From the NCBI GenBank assembly GCA_964439265.1, contig CAYTOA010000002.1, positions 46,589 through 110,588 on the forward strand: a stretch of 64,000 nucleotides of DNA, in the 5' to 3' direction. This document shows positions 9,370 through 19,704 of this stretch, piece by piece. Positions within the stretch are counted from its first letter, which is position 1, and each line of letters starts with the position of its first letter. The position numbers and the translations under genes were made by a program. Source of the stretch: an uncultured Chitinophagaceae bacterium (GTDB taxonomy: Bacteria > Bacteroidota > Ignavibacteria > UBA10030 > UBA8401). The notes below the pieces were generated by a model, which did not search any database, had not been told where the DNA came from, and saw only the letters and a program-made list of their open reading frames with translations.

Positions 9370-12300
9370 CTACCTCCCTCGCTCATTATTGTCAAAGATT
9401 TTTCGGATTGCCTTCCCTATGTCATCAACTCTAAACGGTTTCATAAGTATCTGGCGGACACCGAATGCCGTTGCCCGTTCCGGATTCAACTCGGTGCTGT
9501 ATCCGGTACAGAGAATGATGGGGAGGTCCTTTCTGAACTTCATTGTCTCTTTTGCAAGCTCGATACCCGTCATATGCGGCATTGTCTGGTCGGTGATCAG
9601 AACGTCAATATTGTTATCAGGCTTCTTTAGCAACGCCAAAGCATCCATACTGTCCGACATACCGATCACACCGTAGCCAAGAGGCGTCAGCATGTCAATT
9701 GCCATATCGACCATCATCTTTTCATCATCGACGAACAATATTTGTTCAGAACCGTGGAGTTCGAGCAGAACATCATCAGGTTCTGAATAGGATACAGATT
9801 CTTCCGCAACGGGGAAGAACAATTTGAATGTGGTGCCCTTCCCTAACTCGCTTTCGACAAGGATATTTCCTCCCAGCGACCGAATTACGCCCAGGACGAC
9901 GCTCAGCCCCATGCCCGTACCTTCATTAACGGCTTTGGTCGTGAAGAAGGGCTCAAACGCGCGAGAGAGAGTCGCCGCGTCCATGCCGCAGCCAGTGTCA
10001 GTCACCTGTATGACGGTGTATTCGCCGGGAGCGATCTCTCCTGTTTGACCGTATGTCGTCCGATCAAGGAAATGTCCGTAGAGGCGGACCGTCATCGTCC
10101 CTTTACGATGCATAGCATGGACAGCGTTCGTGGCCAGGTTCAAGAGCACTTCGTGTATCTTTGTGGGATCAGCGAGTACGGGTTTCGTATTCCGATCGAG
10201 GTCAACGTCAATGATTACCGACGAAGGGATCGAGGCCCTAAGGAGGTCGAGAGCTTCTTTGATTAATGGCCGGATGGATACGATCGATTTTTGAGAATTG
10301 GTCTTCCTGCTGAATGTCAATATCTGGTCGATCAAGTGCTTCGCCCGGTCTGTTGCTTTCAGGACCTTAAGGAGATTTCTCCGCAGCTTGGAATCCTTTT
10401 CCGTGAGTTGAAGCGACATCTCGGTATATCCCATAATGCCCCCCAGAACATTATTAAAGTCATGGGCAATACCTCCGGCAAGCGTACCAATGCTCTCCAG
10501 TTTTTGAGCCTGACGCAGTGAATCTTCGGCATGCTTGAGCTCAGTGATATCTTCTTTCACCGCGACGAAGTTCGTGATCACGTTGTTCTTATCCGTAACG
10601 GGCGAAATGGACGCCCTCTCCCAAAAAAGCTCGCCGTTCTTTTTCTTGTTGTGAAATTCGCCGCTCCAGTGATTACCCGCCAGGATCGTTTCCCACATTG
10701 TTCTGTATTCCTCTCTGCTCATCTCTCCGGATTTCAAAATGCGCGGGTTGTTTCCGCGAACTTCTTCGAACGTATAGCCCGTAATTTGCGTGAACTTCGG
10801 ATTGACGTATTCGATCGTGCCGGTTGGGTCGGTGATGACAATTGAAGCGGGGTTTTGTTCCACTGCGAGAGATAGTTTACGGAGCTCCATTTCCGCATTT
10901 TTTCGTTCGGTAATGTCGCGGATGATGACAAGTGAAAACACCTCTCCGTCGAGTTCGTACGTGGAGACGTTAACTTCGGTATCGAATTCCGTGCCGTCTT
11001 TCTTCATTCCCCGCATTTCATAGGCTTTGTCGACTTTTTCTCCGGCAGCCCGACGCTCCACGTTTCGGGCTATCTGCTCGCGATGGCTCCCGGCAATACT
11101 TTCAATGATGGAGGTTCCGATCATTTCCTCGGAATTGATAAAACCAAATAATCTGAGGTATGAAGGGTTCGCGTAAATATGGATCCCTTTCTTTGAAACA
11201 CCGATCGCATCCCTGGAACTATCGAACATTGCTCGAAATTTCGCTTCGCTTTCGCGCAACGCATCCTCCACGCGTTTGCGCTCGGTGGTGTCCCGATCGA
11301 TGCCAATGGTGTGAGGGTTACCACGCCACATGATGGGCACGCCAACATATTCAATGATATTGCTCCTTCCATCAGGACGAACCCATGAGAAAAGGCCTTG
11401 TAGAGGAGTGTTGCTGTCGACAGACCAGGCTTCATTGATGTTTGGCGAGTCTACCGCTGGCAGCTGAAGTGCCCGCGTATTCCCGATGGCCAACAGTTCT
11501 TCACGGCTTCGTCCTGCCATGGCGGCGTAGCGATTGTTGCATTCGATAAGCCGTCGTTTCAGGGGGTCGGGGTCCTCGCTGTAGATGCTGATGCCGTCAA
11601 GGACATGCTCAAACACAAATCGAAATTGCTCTTCAGAAGCGCGCATTTCCTCTTCAGCCCGTTTTCGATCGGTAATATCCCGGATGATCGAGAGTGCAAA
11701 AACTTCGCCGTTCAACTCGTACGAAGAGGTATTGACTTCAACGTCGAATTCCGTGCCATCGACTCTCACGCCTCGTGTTTCATAGAATTTAGGGACATCT
11801 TCTCCGGCAGCCCGGAGATGCGAATATCGGGATATGACGTCGCGGTGGGTCGGAGCAATAGCCTCAAGGATCGGCCTGCCGATCACTTGATCGCTATTCT
11901 CATAACCCAGCAGCTTTACACATGCGGAATTTACGTAGGTGTGGATCCCATTCTTCGAAACACTAAGGGCATCTCTAGAATTATCGAACATCGCGCGAAG
12001 CTTTGCCTCGCTTTCGCGCAGCGCCTCTTCCGCGTGCTTGCGTTCGGTGATATCCTCGATCATGCAGATCGCATATTGAGGAACCCCGTTTTCATCGCGT
12101 ACGAGCGATGCGTCAACAAGCGTCCAAATGATGTGGCCGTCTTTATGGAAGAAACGCTTTTCAATGTGATAATGTTGTCGTTTGCCGTTCAGCAACTCCT
12201 GATACAGAGTCATGTCCGCAGCGATATCGTCCGGATGAGTATGCTCAAGCATCGGTTTGCGATTTATCTCTTCGATGCCGTAGCCGAGGATCCGCTCCAT

Positions 12301-14916
12301 GGCTGGGTTGATTTCCAGGAAGCGTCCGGTGAGATCGCCGATTGCAAGTCCGATGTTGGCGCCTTCATATATTGACCGGAGACGTTCCCTGTTTTCATAG
12401 AGGAGTTTTTCAGTCTGTTTACGCTCCGTGATGTCTGCGACGACCCCATGCCATACCGCATCTCCATTGTCCAACAGCTCCGGTGTGGAGTCAATTCGTA
12501 CCCACTTGGGTATTTCTTTGACCTCGATGCGTCCCTCCCACGCAAAGGTTCGAGGCTCTTGAATGCGCTCGTTGTTCATTTTTACCAGCGAATCGATATC
12601 ATCGGGATGAATCGTTTGGAATGCGCATTGTGGGTTTGACAAAATGCTTTCCGCATCCACGCCGAGCAACTCCTCTATTTTTGGGCTGACGTAGTCGAAC
12701 GACATCGCACCATCTCGTGAGGTATGCAGGAGGTAAATGCCAACCGGAATATGAGCGGCCAGACTGTCGTATTGGTTTTTGCTCTTTACTAACGCCTTTT
12801 GTGCGCGTTGTATCTCCGTAATATCTCGCACCGTAGCATGGAGAAATGTTTTCCCCTCCACTTCCATTCGCGTGAGAAGCACTGTTGCGGGGAACTCATC
12901 ACCGTTAGCACGCTTGTGGGTCCATTCGAAGAAATGAGACCCGTTACGCATTGCAGTATCGATCATTTCTTTTGCCTTCTGATCCGATCTACGACCATCC
13001 GGCTGACGCTCCGGGGACACCTTTCCCAGCCCATACAAAAGAAATTCTTCCACGTTTTTCACTCTGAACATCTCCATCGTCGACTTGTTGCATGACGTGT
13101 ATGACCATGAAGGAGGAGTCAACGTCATCAGTGCGTCGCGCGAGCTTTCAAAAAGTGTTCGGAATTTCTTGTTGCTCTCTCTCAGCGCCTTTTCGTCCTG
13201 CTTGCGTTGAGAGATATCTCGCGCAATGACCACGATGCTCCTGGGCTGACCGTCGATGTCCCTGATGAAATCGCTGTTCACTTCTATGTCAAAGGTGCTG
13301 CCGTCTCTTCGGAGAGCACGGTATTCGTTCGAGCTGGCAATGGACGCATTAAGCTTGAGCGATATGTTCCGCAGTGCGCGCTCGCGATCTTCGGGAACCA
13401 GAAAATCAGTAATCAACAGGCCGAGGGCTTCTTCTGGTCGTTCAAAACCGAACATAGGAATCGCGATGGGGGAGACCATGATGATGCGCCCCTGCATGTC
13501 CGCTATCGTTATGTTGTCGGGAGATGCATGGATGATTGATCGGTATCGTTCTTCACTTTCACGCAACGCTTCTTCTGTTCGTTTCCTTTTTGTTACGTCG
13601 TTGAAGAGATGGGCGAATTGTCCTTTTCGGGGAGAGAAAACTCTTGTTTCATAGTAACGGCCCAGTGATTCATTGTAGCGTTCATACTCAATAGGCTCGC
13701 CGGATATCGCCACCTTGTACAATCGCTGCACTACTTCCGGGGGCCAGATGATCGGCAGATCTTTGCTTGTTCTTCCTATCAGGCTTGCAATGGTTAAACC
13801 AGTCATTTCTTCGAAAGCCGGATTACCGCCGATAAAGCGGTGGTCGCAGGGATTTCCCGACTCGTCGTAGATAACTTCGCAGACCATAATGCCGCTGAGA
13901 ATCTGGTCAAAGAGCTGCCGGTGTTTCTCCTCGCTATTCTGCAGGTCGATTTCCGCACGCTTGCGGTCGGTGATGTCGCGGAATGACCAGACTCTGCCAA
14001 TGTTCTTTCCGCTCAAGATGATCGGGGCAGAATAGCGCTCGAATATTCTCCCATCCTTGAAGTGCAAGACATCGCGATCCTCTGCGACGGAGGCGTGTAA
14101 CAATCGCACTTTGGAAATAAATGACTCCGGTTCCACCAACTCGTTCATCACATATCGTAAGATGACCTCAATATCTTTAGAATTGACAAGGGATTGAGGG
14201 ATATGCCACATTTCATTGAATCGCTGGTTCGTCCGAAGCACTCGCCCTTTTGCGTCGACTGCAAGGATACCGTCCGCCGTGGATTCCAGAATAACGTTTA
14301 ACTTGTTTTCTTTTTTCTGCAAAGCCTCTTCGATCAGCTTGCGTTCAGAGATGTCTTCGAGCGCCGAGATGAAATACCACGGGGTGCCGTCCTCGTGACG
14401 CACTAGTGATACTGACAAATTGGTCCAGACAACAGTCATGTTCTTGCGGAAGTATCTCTTTTCAGTTTTGAACGAGTTGCTCTGGTTGCTCAAAAAGGTC
14501 TCAAGGTGCGCAACGCTGCTTTGAAGATCGTCCGGATGGGTGAGATCCTGGAAGGACCTTGACATAAGTTCCTCCCGCGAGTATCCGAGTATGTTGCACC
14601 ACCGGTCGTTGATCTGAAGGAATGCGCCCTCAAGAGAAACGTGCGCTAATCCGACAGCAGCCTGGTTGAAGCTCTTCCGGAACTGATCGTCGGTTTGCCG
14701 GGAGGCATTCATCGGGCGCACATACAATAGATAGAGTAGGGGGAATGCAACTAGAGTCAACAGTGATGCCTGCGCGACGGTCGAGAATATTCCGGCAGAA
14801 GCTATGATGCTCGAGGGCAGCCGCATCATTGCCAGCTCGCACATAAAGATCGATCCGACCAGGAAGATGAGGGACGTAGTCGTATTTCTATCGGGTTTCC
14901 TGAATTTCATTCTCAT
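9370..14916 (-). CDS. Giant hybrid sensor histidine kinase: 2 TM, ~11 PAS/PAC modules, DHp, HATPase_c, receiver
   Basis: Eleven '(D/E)ITxRK..E..L' PAS-PAC linkers. H-box LESIGTLAGGIAHDFNN, G-boxes DTGCGMD / GTGMGLS, and a C-terminal receiver (ILFVDDE...DVLITDQTMP). Confidence 0.9.
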   Translation of the reverse strand: MRMKFRKPDRNTTTSLIFLVGSIFMCELAMMRLPSSIIASAGIFSTVAQASLLTLVAFPLLYLLYVRPMNASRQTDDQFRKSFNQAAVGLAHVSLEGAFLQINDRWCNILGYSREELMSRSFQDLTHPDDLQSSVAHLETFLSNQSNSFKTEKRYFRKNMTVVWTNLSVSLVRHEDGTPWYFISALEDISERKLIEEALQKKENKLNVILESTADGILAVDAKGRVLRTNQRFNEMWHIPQSLVNSKDIEVILRYVMNELVEPESFISKVRLLHASVAEDRDVLHFKDGRIFERYSAPIILSGKNIGRVWSFRDITDRKRAEIDLQNSEEKHRQLFDQILSGIMVCEVIYDESGNPCDHRFIGGNPAFEEMTGLTIASLIGRTSKDLPIIWPPEVVQRLYKVAISGEPIEYERYNESLGRYYETRVFSPRKGQFAHLFNDVTKRKRTEEALRESEERYRSIIHASPDNITIADMQGRIIMVSPIAIPMFGFERPEEALGLLITDFLVPEDRERALRNISLKLNASIASSNEYRALRRDGSTFDIEVNSDFIRDIDGQPRSIVVIARDISQRKQDEKALRESNKKFRTLFESSRDALMTLTPPSWSYTSCNKSTMEMFRVKNVEEFLLYGLGKVSPERQPDGRRSDQKAKEMIDTAMRNGSHFFEWTHKRANGDEFPATVLLTRMEVEGKTFLHATVRDITEIQRAQKALVKSKNQYDSLAAHIPVGIYLLHTSRDGAMSFDYVSPKIEELLGVDAESILSNPQCAFQTIHPDDIDSLVKMNNERIQEPRTFAWEGRIEVKEIPKWVRIDSTPELLDNGDAVWHGVVADITERKQTEKLLYENRERLRSIYEGANIGLAIGDLTGRFLEINPAMERILGYGIEEINRKPMLEHTHPDDIAADMTLYQELLNGKRQHYHIEKRFFHKDGHIIWTLVDASLVRDENGVPQYAICMIEDITERKHAEEALRESEAKLRAMFDNSRDALSVSKNGIHTYVNSACVKLLGYENSDQVIGRPILEAIAPTHRDVISRYSHLRAAGEDVPKFYETRGVRVDGTEFDVEVNTSSYELNGEVFALSIIRDITDRKRAEEEMRASEEQFRFVFEHVLDGISIYSEDPDPLKRRLIECNNRYAAMAGRSREELLAIGNTRALQLPAVDSPNINEAWSVDSNTPLQGLFSWVRPDGRSNIIEYVGVPIMWRGNPHTIGIDRDTTERKRVEDALRESEAKFRAMFDSSRDAIGVSKKGIHIYANPSYLRLFGFINSEEMIGTSIIESIAGSHREQIARNVERRAAGEKVDKAYEMRGMKKDGTEFDTEVNVSTYELDGEVFSLVIIRDITERKNAEMELRKLSLAVEQNPASIVITDPTGTIEYVNPKFTQITGYTFEEVRGNNPRILKSGEMSREEYRTMWETILAGNHWSGEFHNKKKNGELFWERASISPVTDKNNVITNFVAVKEDITELKHAEDSLRQAQKLESIGTLAGGIAHDFNNVLGGIMGYTEMSLQLTEKDSKLRRNLLKVLKATDRAKHLIDQILTFSRKTNSQKSIVSIRPLIKEALDLLRASIPSSVIIDVDLDRNTKPVLADPTKIHEVLLNLATNAVHAMHRKGTMTVRLYGHFLDRTTYGQTGEIAPGEYTVIQVTDTGCGMDAATLSRAFEPFFTTKAVNEGTGMGLSVVLGVIRSLGGNILVESELGKGTTFKLFFPVAEESVSYSEPDDVLLELHGSEQILFVDDEKMMVDMAIDMLTPLGYGVIGMSDSMDALALLKKPDNNIDVLITDQTMPHMTGIELAKETMKFRKDLPIILCTGYSTELNPERATAFGVRQILMKPFRVDDIGKAIRKIFDNNERGR

Positions 14917-15021
14917 TCTGTTACTTTGTTAATGGAAAAAAATGTTCCTCGCCACAGCGGGCTAATTCGTATCATCGTGTGCGCGGCCGGCATCAGACCA
15001 GCCCTCGTTCCTTCCGATAAA

Positions 15022-15609
15022 TCACTTGATTATTGCGCGATGTTCTCTATTTCTCAGTTTGACAATGACGGGTTTCACCTGACTCTCGTAGCAATCCGGA
15101 CATATTCCATGTGAAAATGCGGTGTCGGTTTTTTGCTTGATATGTTTCTCGATGGATACCCACGTATCGTCATCTTGTCGTATCCTTCGGCAGTAAGAAC
15201 ATATCGGCAAGATCGAATGAAGCTGTCGTATCTCGTGCTGCATTCCTAATATACGTTCTGCAACGCGTAAACGTGCTGAGAGCTGTTCAGAATCAAATGG
15301 TTTCGTGATAACGTCGTCTGCGCCGGCGTTCATTGCTTCAAGATAGCTCCCTTTTCCGCGCAGGATTGTCAAGAATATTACAAAGGTGTAGGATTCTCTA
15401 TTCTCCTGGCGGATCATGCGTGTCAGCTCAAGGCCGTTCAAGTTCGGCATCATCCAGTCGGTGATGACGAGCCTCGGGTTCTTCGCCTGGAAGATACTCC
15501 ATGCTTCCTTACCGTCAGCGGCGACGTAAACTTCGTGGTTAAGTTCCTGGAGTTGTTCTGACAAGAGCATTTGAGTGACGATGTCATCCTCAACAACAAG
15601 TATTTTCAT
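15022..15609 (-). CDS. Response regulator: receiver + coiled-coil + Cys/His-rich C-terminal module (CxxC-N26-HGxCxxC)
   Basis: Receiver motifs KILVVEDD...[13 protein letters not shown]...KPF, then [40 protein letters not shown]. Its start overlaps the upstream kinase's stop (ATGA at 15606-15609). Confidence 0.85.
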   Translation of the reverse strand: MKILVVEDDIVTQMLLSEQLQELNHEVYVAADGKEAWSIFQAKNPRLVITDWMMPNLNGLELTRMIRQENRESYTFVIFLTILRGKGSYLEAMNAGADDVITKPFDSEQLSARLRVAERILGMQHEIRQLHSILPICSYCRRIRQDDDTWVSIEKHIKQKTDTAFSHGICPDCYESQVKPVIVKLRNREHRAIIK

Positions 15610-17861
15610 TGGAATTCTTCCTTTGGGATGTACGTTGCAAGCTCCGTTGCCGCTTGCGTAAACAAATTTTCAAGGGTCTCAATCAGGCTAGCCGATTCTT
15701 CGATGGATTCATTCATATCCAGATGTTCAATTTCCTCGCAGGCTTTTGCCAGTTGAAAGGCGCCAATTTGGGCGCTGCTTCCGCGTAAAGAATGTGCAAC
15801 CTTTCGCACTTGGGTCATGTCTCCGGAACGTGCCCAGTCTCGCATTGCGGCGATCCTCAATGGAACATCATCCCTGAACTTGCGAATGACACGCTCCAGA
15901 AGACTTGGTCGTGATTTTGTCTTGATGCTTGCAATCTCCTGAATTCTCGCCCTGTCGATGACATTGTCAGCATACGGCGGACCGGATGTCGAAACGGCGC
16001 ATTTCTTCTGGAGGGTTTTCCGAGTTCCCCAATAGCGTGCACTCCATTTTTCCATCATCTCGAGAAGTTCCACCCGTTTGAACGGTTTCGCGATATAATC
16101 ATCCATGCCGGCCCGCATGCACCGTTCCCGGTCTCCTTCAAACGCATTTGCGGTCATCGCTATGATGATCGCTTTTTTGTCTGGGCTTTCATGGTCACGG
16201 ATGCGACGAGTTGATTCATACCCATCCATGACAGGCATCTGACAATCCATAAAAATAATATCGAAAGGGGAGCGTTCGTTTTTCTCCACGGCAGAAAGCC
16301 CATCCGGGACGACGGTTACCTGAAATCCGAGTTTCGTGAGAATGGCGGTGGAAACCTCCTGGTTGATCTGGTTATCTTCTGCAATTAGAATGCGGATTCC
16401 TTTGTTTGAAGATTCAAAACCATCGGGCCTGGAATCCGGGATAATTATTTCCGCCGCCGTGCGTTCGTGTTGTAAAGACTCGTTCATGATCGGCTGCGAC
16501 GAAGCAGGAACATGACTCTGCATCTGGTTGCGCAGAGGGATCGTAAACCAAAAAGTACTCCCTTCTCCGGGAAAGCTATTGACTCCTATGTTGCCGCCCA
16601 TGAGTTCCACGAGTTGTTTGGATATTGCAAGCCCGAGCCCTGTCCCGCCGTATTTTCGTGTTGTCGATCCGTCGCCTTGCGTGAAGCTTTGGAATAAGTT
16701 CGCCTGCACATCGGCGGGGATGCCAATACCCGTGTCAGTCACCGAGACCGTAATCATCGATTTTACTTCATCCCGGTTATCCGCGGCGGCACTCACGGTA
16801 ACAGACCCGTGCTCCGTGAATTTTATCGCATTTCCGACGAGGTTCATAACAATTTGCCGGATCCGAAGCGAATCTCCGCAATACTCCGTGATTGAATCCA
16901 GAGAGTACTCACAAATGAGTTTCAGCCCTTTTTGATCTGCTTTGCCCTCAAGAATCTCAACGACGTCGCGAATAACCTGAACAAGGTCGAATGCGACGTT
17001 TTCGATAAGCAGCTTGCCCGCTTCGATCTTAGAGAAATCAAGAATGTCGCTAATGATCGCCAGGAGTGCGTCTCCTGATGTACGGATGAGCATCGCGTAC
17101 CTTCGATCTTCTTTCCCTAGTTCAGAATCCATGAGAAGTTCTGACATGCCGATGATCCCACTCAAGGGAGTCCGCAGTTCGTGGCTCATGTTGGCTACAA
17201 ATTCGGACTTCAAACGAGATGCGCGTAACGCCACATCCTTGGCCTCCATAAGTTCCTTTGTTCTCTCTTCTACTTTTTGTTCGAGAAGCCTGTTCTGATT
17301 GCTGATACGCTGATAGAGTTCAAGCTGTTCAAGTGCGACCGTCGTTTTGTAAAGAATAATTGACATAAGGCTAAGGGCCATCTTGTTCGGAATCGTCTCA
17401 GGGTTCCTGGCTATACCGACGAACATGCCGATGACTTTCCTTTGCGTCTCAAGACCGTGTAATACAAAGATGCGGGCATCGTTCCTGGACGGTATGGGAA
17501 TGGGCCTGTTCTGATGTAATGCCCAGCCGAAAAGCCCTTCTTCGATAAGTTCGTCAACTTCCTTTTGAACGGACTCCCTTTCGCGGGGCGGCTCGACATT
17601 ATCGAGCAGAAACTCGTTGCTCGTTTCGTTTGGCCGAAAAAAAACAAAAGTTTCAAATCCGACGAGACGGCCGAGGTGTTCACAGGCTGCCCTGTAGATC
17701 GCATCCTTATCCCGGTTAAAATCGATAAAGGACCGCACTTCATCGAAGGCTGAGACTTCTTCGAAAGATTCCAGCATCCATTGATTTGTTTCTTCGAGGT
17801 AGCGAACCCGTTCCAGCAGCGAGTCGACGCTCGGCTTGGTATTCTTATCTTCGTCCAGCAT
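15606..17861 (-). CDS. Hybrid histidine kinase: GAF-like, HisKA, HATPase_c, receiver, Hpt
   Basis: H-box [14 protein letters not shown]-boxes DTGIGIP / GGTGLGLAI, receiver [12 protein letters not shown]...[13 protein letters not shown], and Hpt [15 protein letters not shown] prefer the start at 17861 (TGATG overlap with the HDOD stop) over the 50-codon extension in the track. Confidence 0.9.
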   Translation of the reverse strand: MLDEDKNTKPSVDSLLERVRYLEETNQWMLESFEEVSAFDEVRSFIDFNRDKDAIYRAACEHLGRLVGFETFVFFRPNETSNEFLLDNVEPPRERESVQKEVDELIEEGLFGWALHQNRPIPIPSRNDARIFVLHGLETQRKVIGMFVGIARNPETIPNKMALSLMSIILYKTTVALEQLELYQRISNQNRLLEQKVEERTKELMEAKDVALRASRLKSEFVANMSHELRTPLSGIIGMSELLMDSELGKEDRRYAMLIRTSGDALLAIISDILDFSKIEAGKLLIENVAFDLVQVIRDVVEILEGKADQKGLKLICEYSLDSITEYCGDSLRIRQIVMNLVGNAIKFTEHGSVTVSAAADNRDEVKSMITVSVTDTGIGIPADVQANLFQSFTQGDGSTTRKYGGTGLGLAISKQLVELMGGNIGVNSFPGEGSTFWFTIPLRNQMQSHVPASSQPIMNESLQHERTAAEIIIPDSRPDGFESSNKGIRILIAEDNQINQEVSTAILTKLGFQVTVVPDGLSAVEKNERSPFDIIFMDCQMPVMDGYESTRRIRDHESPDKKAIIIAMTANAFEGDRERCMRAGMDDYIAKPFKRVELLEMMEKWSARYWGTRKTLQKKCAVSTSGPPYADNVIDRARIQEIASIKTKSRPSLLERVIRKFRDDVPLRIAAMRDWARSGDMTQVRKVAHSLRGSSAQIGAFQLAKACEEIEHLDMNESIEESASLIETLENLFTQAATELATYIPKEEFQ

Positions 17862-18733
17862 CAACCCCCCTTGTGAAACATGTTTAGGACGCCTTCCAGT
17901 TGCCGATCGACGAGATCGAAGATCTGGGGAAGAAATCCCGGATTCAATCCCAATATTTTCCATGCATCTTCGTCGATGGGGGGGACAAAGAACTCCCCGC
18001 TGTTTCCACACTGCATTGAATGTGCGATGGCATCTGCAATGTGAATAACGTACGCTTCCTGCCGATAGCGGTCAGCGTTCCGGGGTATATGGTGATAACG
18101 GACAACTTCCTCCAGGCTGCCTGGCAGCTTCCATGCTTCGATCAATGCCGCGCCGACTGCCGCATGATCATAGCCGATAATTTCCTGTTCAGTCGTGAAC
18201 ATCGGCTGCGGACGCTCGGCCGCGCGGGTAAAGACCTTGTCCATCAGGTCAGGTATCTTGTCGTACATGAGAAGTCGTCCGACGTCGTGGAGGATGCCTG
18301 CAACAAAAAATCGTTCGACGTTTGATTCACGATTGAGACCTGCAAGGACCCTCGCTGCGAGGCCGCAAGCGACGCTGTGTTTCCAAAACGTCTCCATGGA
18401 AACAAAGCGTTCGGGTATACTTCTGAAAAGAGTCACAATAGAGGTAGCGAGAGTAAGGTCATGAAGCTGCTGCGTACCGACCACCATGACGGCGCGCGAG
18501 ATGGTATCGATCTTTCGAGGAAAACCAAAATATGCGCTGTTCACGATGCGCAGGAGTCTTGCGGTAAGTCCCGCATCTTGCATGATGATGGAGGTGATCT
18601 GCCCGACGGTAGTTCGCTGGCTGAAAATTGCTTCGTTCAGGCGTTCGTGTACGACCGAGACAGAAGAGAGTCTTTCAGTGCCGTCTAAAAGATCCCGCGG
18701 ACTGCTGAACACGTTTAACCTCCTTCTGTCCAT
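17861..18733 (-). CDS. HDOD domain protein
   Basis: [45 protein letters not shown] and [10 protein letters not shown]...[18 protein letters not shown] are typical HDOD signatures. Confidence 0.85.
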   Translation of the reverse strand: MDRRRLNVFSSPRDLLDGTERLSSVSVVHERLNEAIFSQRTTVGQITSIIMQDAGLTARLLRIVNSAYFGFPRKIDTISRAVMVVGTQQLHDLTLATSIVTLFRSIPERFVSMETFWKHSVACGLAARVLAGLNRESNVERFFVAGILHDVGRLLMYDKIPDLMDKVFTRAAERPQPMFTTEQEIIGYDHAAVGAALIEAWKLPGSLEEVVRYHHIPRNADRYRQEAYVIHIADAIAHSMQCGNSGEFFVPPIDEDAWKILGLNPGFLPQIFDLVDRQLEGVLNMFHKGG

Positions 18734-19056
18734 GACATTGCGATTCTATTCGTTGCCAATCGTATTAGTTCTTTCACAAAAATGTTGTTCCGGTCCGCGT
18801 GTTGAAATAGTGTTTCCGCTTTGGCTGCCGCCTCCATCATGATCCGAGCGTCGACGTGAGATTCCTGCGAGATGCTGTGTACAGCTGCGCTCTGCTCGTC
18901 AATGCTTATTTCGAGAATGCCCCACGTTTTCAGGATCTTAATCCCATTGTGAGTTATGACAGTTCCTTTCTGCAAAAGAATCGTCCCGCGAAGATCGGTT
19001 ACCGTGTCCTCGACGATCATTCCCTCACAAAGTTGATTGATGCCAATTTTTGCCAA
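18715..19056 (-). CDS. Small protein resembling the N-terminal DUF3391-type domain of HD-GYP/HDOD regulators
   Basis: IGINQLCEGMIVEDTVTDLRGTILLQKGTVITHNGIKILKTWGILEISID follows the 'L.pGM.l..dv....G..Ll..G..it...i..L...gi..v.I' pattern. It uses a TTG start preceded by GAGG and overlaps the HDOD gene by 19 nt. Confidence 0.5.
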   Translation of the reverse strand: MAKIGINQLCEGMIVEDTVTDLRGTILLQKGTVITHNGIKILKTWGILEISIDEQSAAVHSISQESHVDARIMMEAAAKAETLFQHADRNNIFVKELIRLATNRIAMSWTEGG

Positions 19057-19545
19057 GTGAGCCTCGAAATATTATTTGCGACGCGCTGCCGTTGAGCGAC
19101 CCAAAGGGACGGCAGCAGATTCACCCACACGCCAACATGTTTCGATAGAGCGGTATGATCTGAGAGCAACTGGCGACCGCCCACTGCACCAGTTCTTGAC
19201 AAAGTTCGGAATACGGACAAATAAGCTTTACACACAACTCGCGTATGCTGCGTCGATAGAACAAATGTGTGACACTGGACCTCACGAGAGGGGTCATCGT
19301 TGCCTCTAAGAGCAACACGTGTGCCATAAACATCATGGAAAATCAATACCAAGAACGAGAGGAATAGCCCAAGAATCTTGCGAAGGACGGCAGTTCGATA
19401 GCTTGCAGGTTCGCATCACCAAGAGATTTGGTCAATTGCAGCCAACTGTCTAAAAAGAGGAGCTCAAGCGGTTCTGCGGTACGCCGCACGAATTTCGATC
19501 GATGAAGAAGCTTTATGAATGAGCTAGTGCCGTTTCCGATAAATG

Positions 19546-19675
19546 ATCTTGTGTTTTACCGCCAAGGCGCGGAGAACGCCAAGAGTATTGTTGCTCATTA
19601 ATACTTATAACTTCTTAGCATGCTTGGCGTCTTAGCGGTTAAAAATGCAAGATTATTTTTGAGAAACAGCATTAG
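19546..19675. repeat. Structured interspersed repeat, copy A1 (~130 bp, long imperfect hairpin)
   Basis: By eye, about 92% identical to 51339-51474. The arms ACCGCCAAGGCGC..ACGCCAAG and CTTGGCGTCTTAGCGGT are reverse-complementary. The tail is ...tttttgagaaacagcattag. Confidence 0.8.
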
Positions 19676-19704
19676 TGCCATTTCCCAAATCAAATATTGT
19701 ATTC

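Noticed and set aside
11605-12375. 256-aa plus-strand ORF, and similar long antisense ORFs at 46921-47526, 47696-48259, 61381-62058 and 24 others in the track
   Set aside because: These are shadow ORFs lying wholly inside well-supported genes on the opposite strand or in another frame. Their translations are low-complexity (Arg/Ser/Pro-rich) with no motifs.
17862-18011. 50-codon N-terminal extension of the hybrid kinase given in the ORF track (start at 18011)
   Set aside because: The extension lies entirely inside the HDOD gene in another frame and reads as Arg/Pro-rich low-complexity sequence. An ATG at 17861 forms a TGATG stop-start overlap typical of coupled genes.
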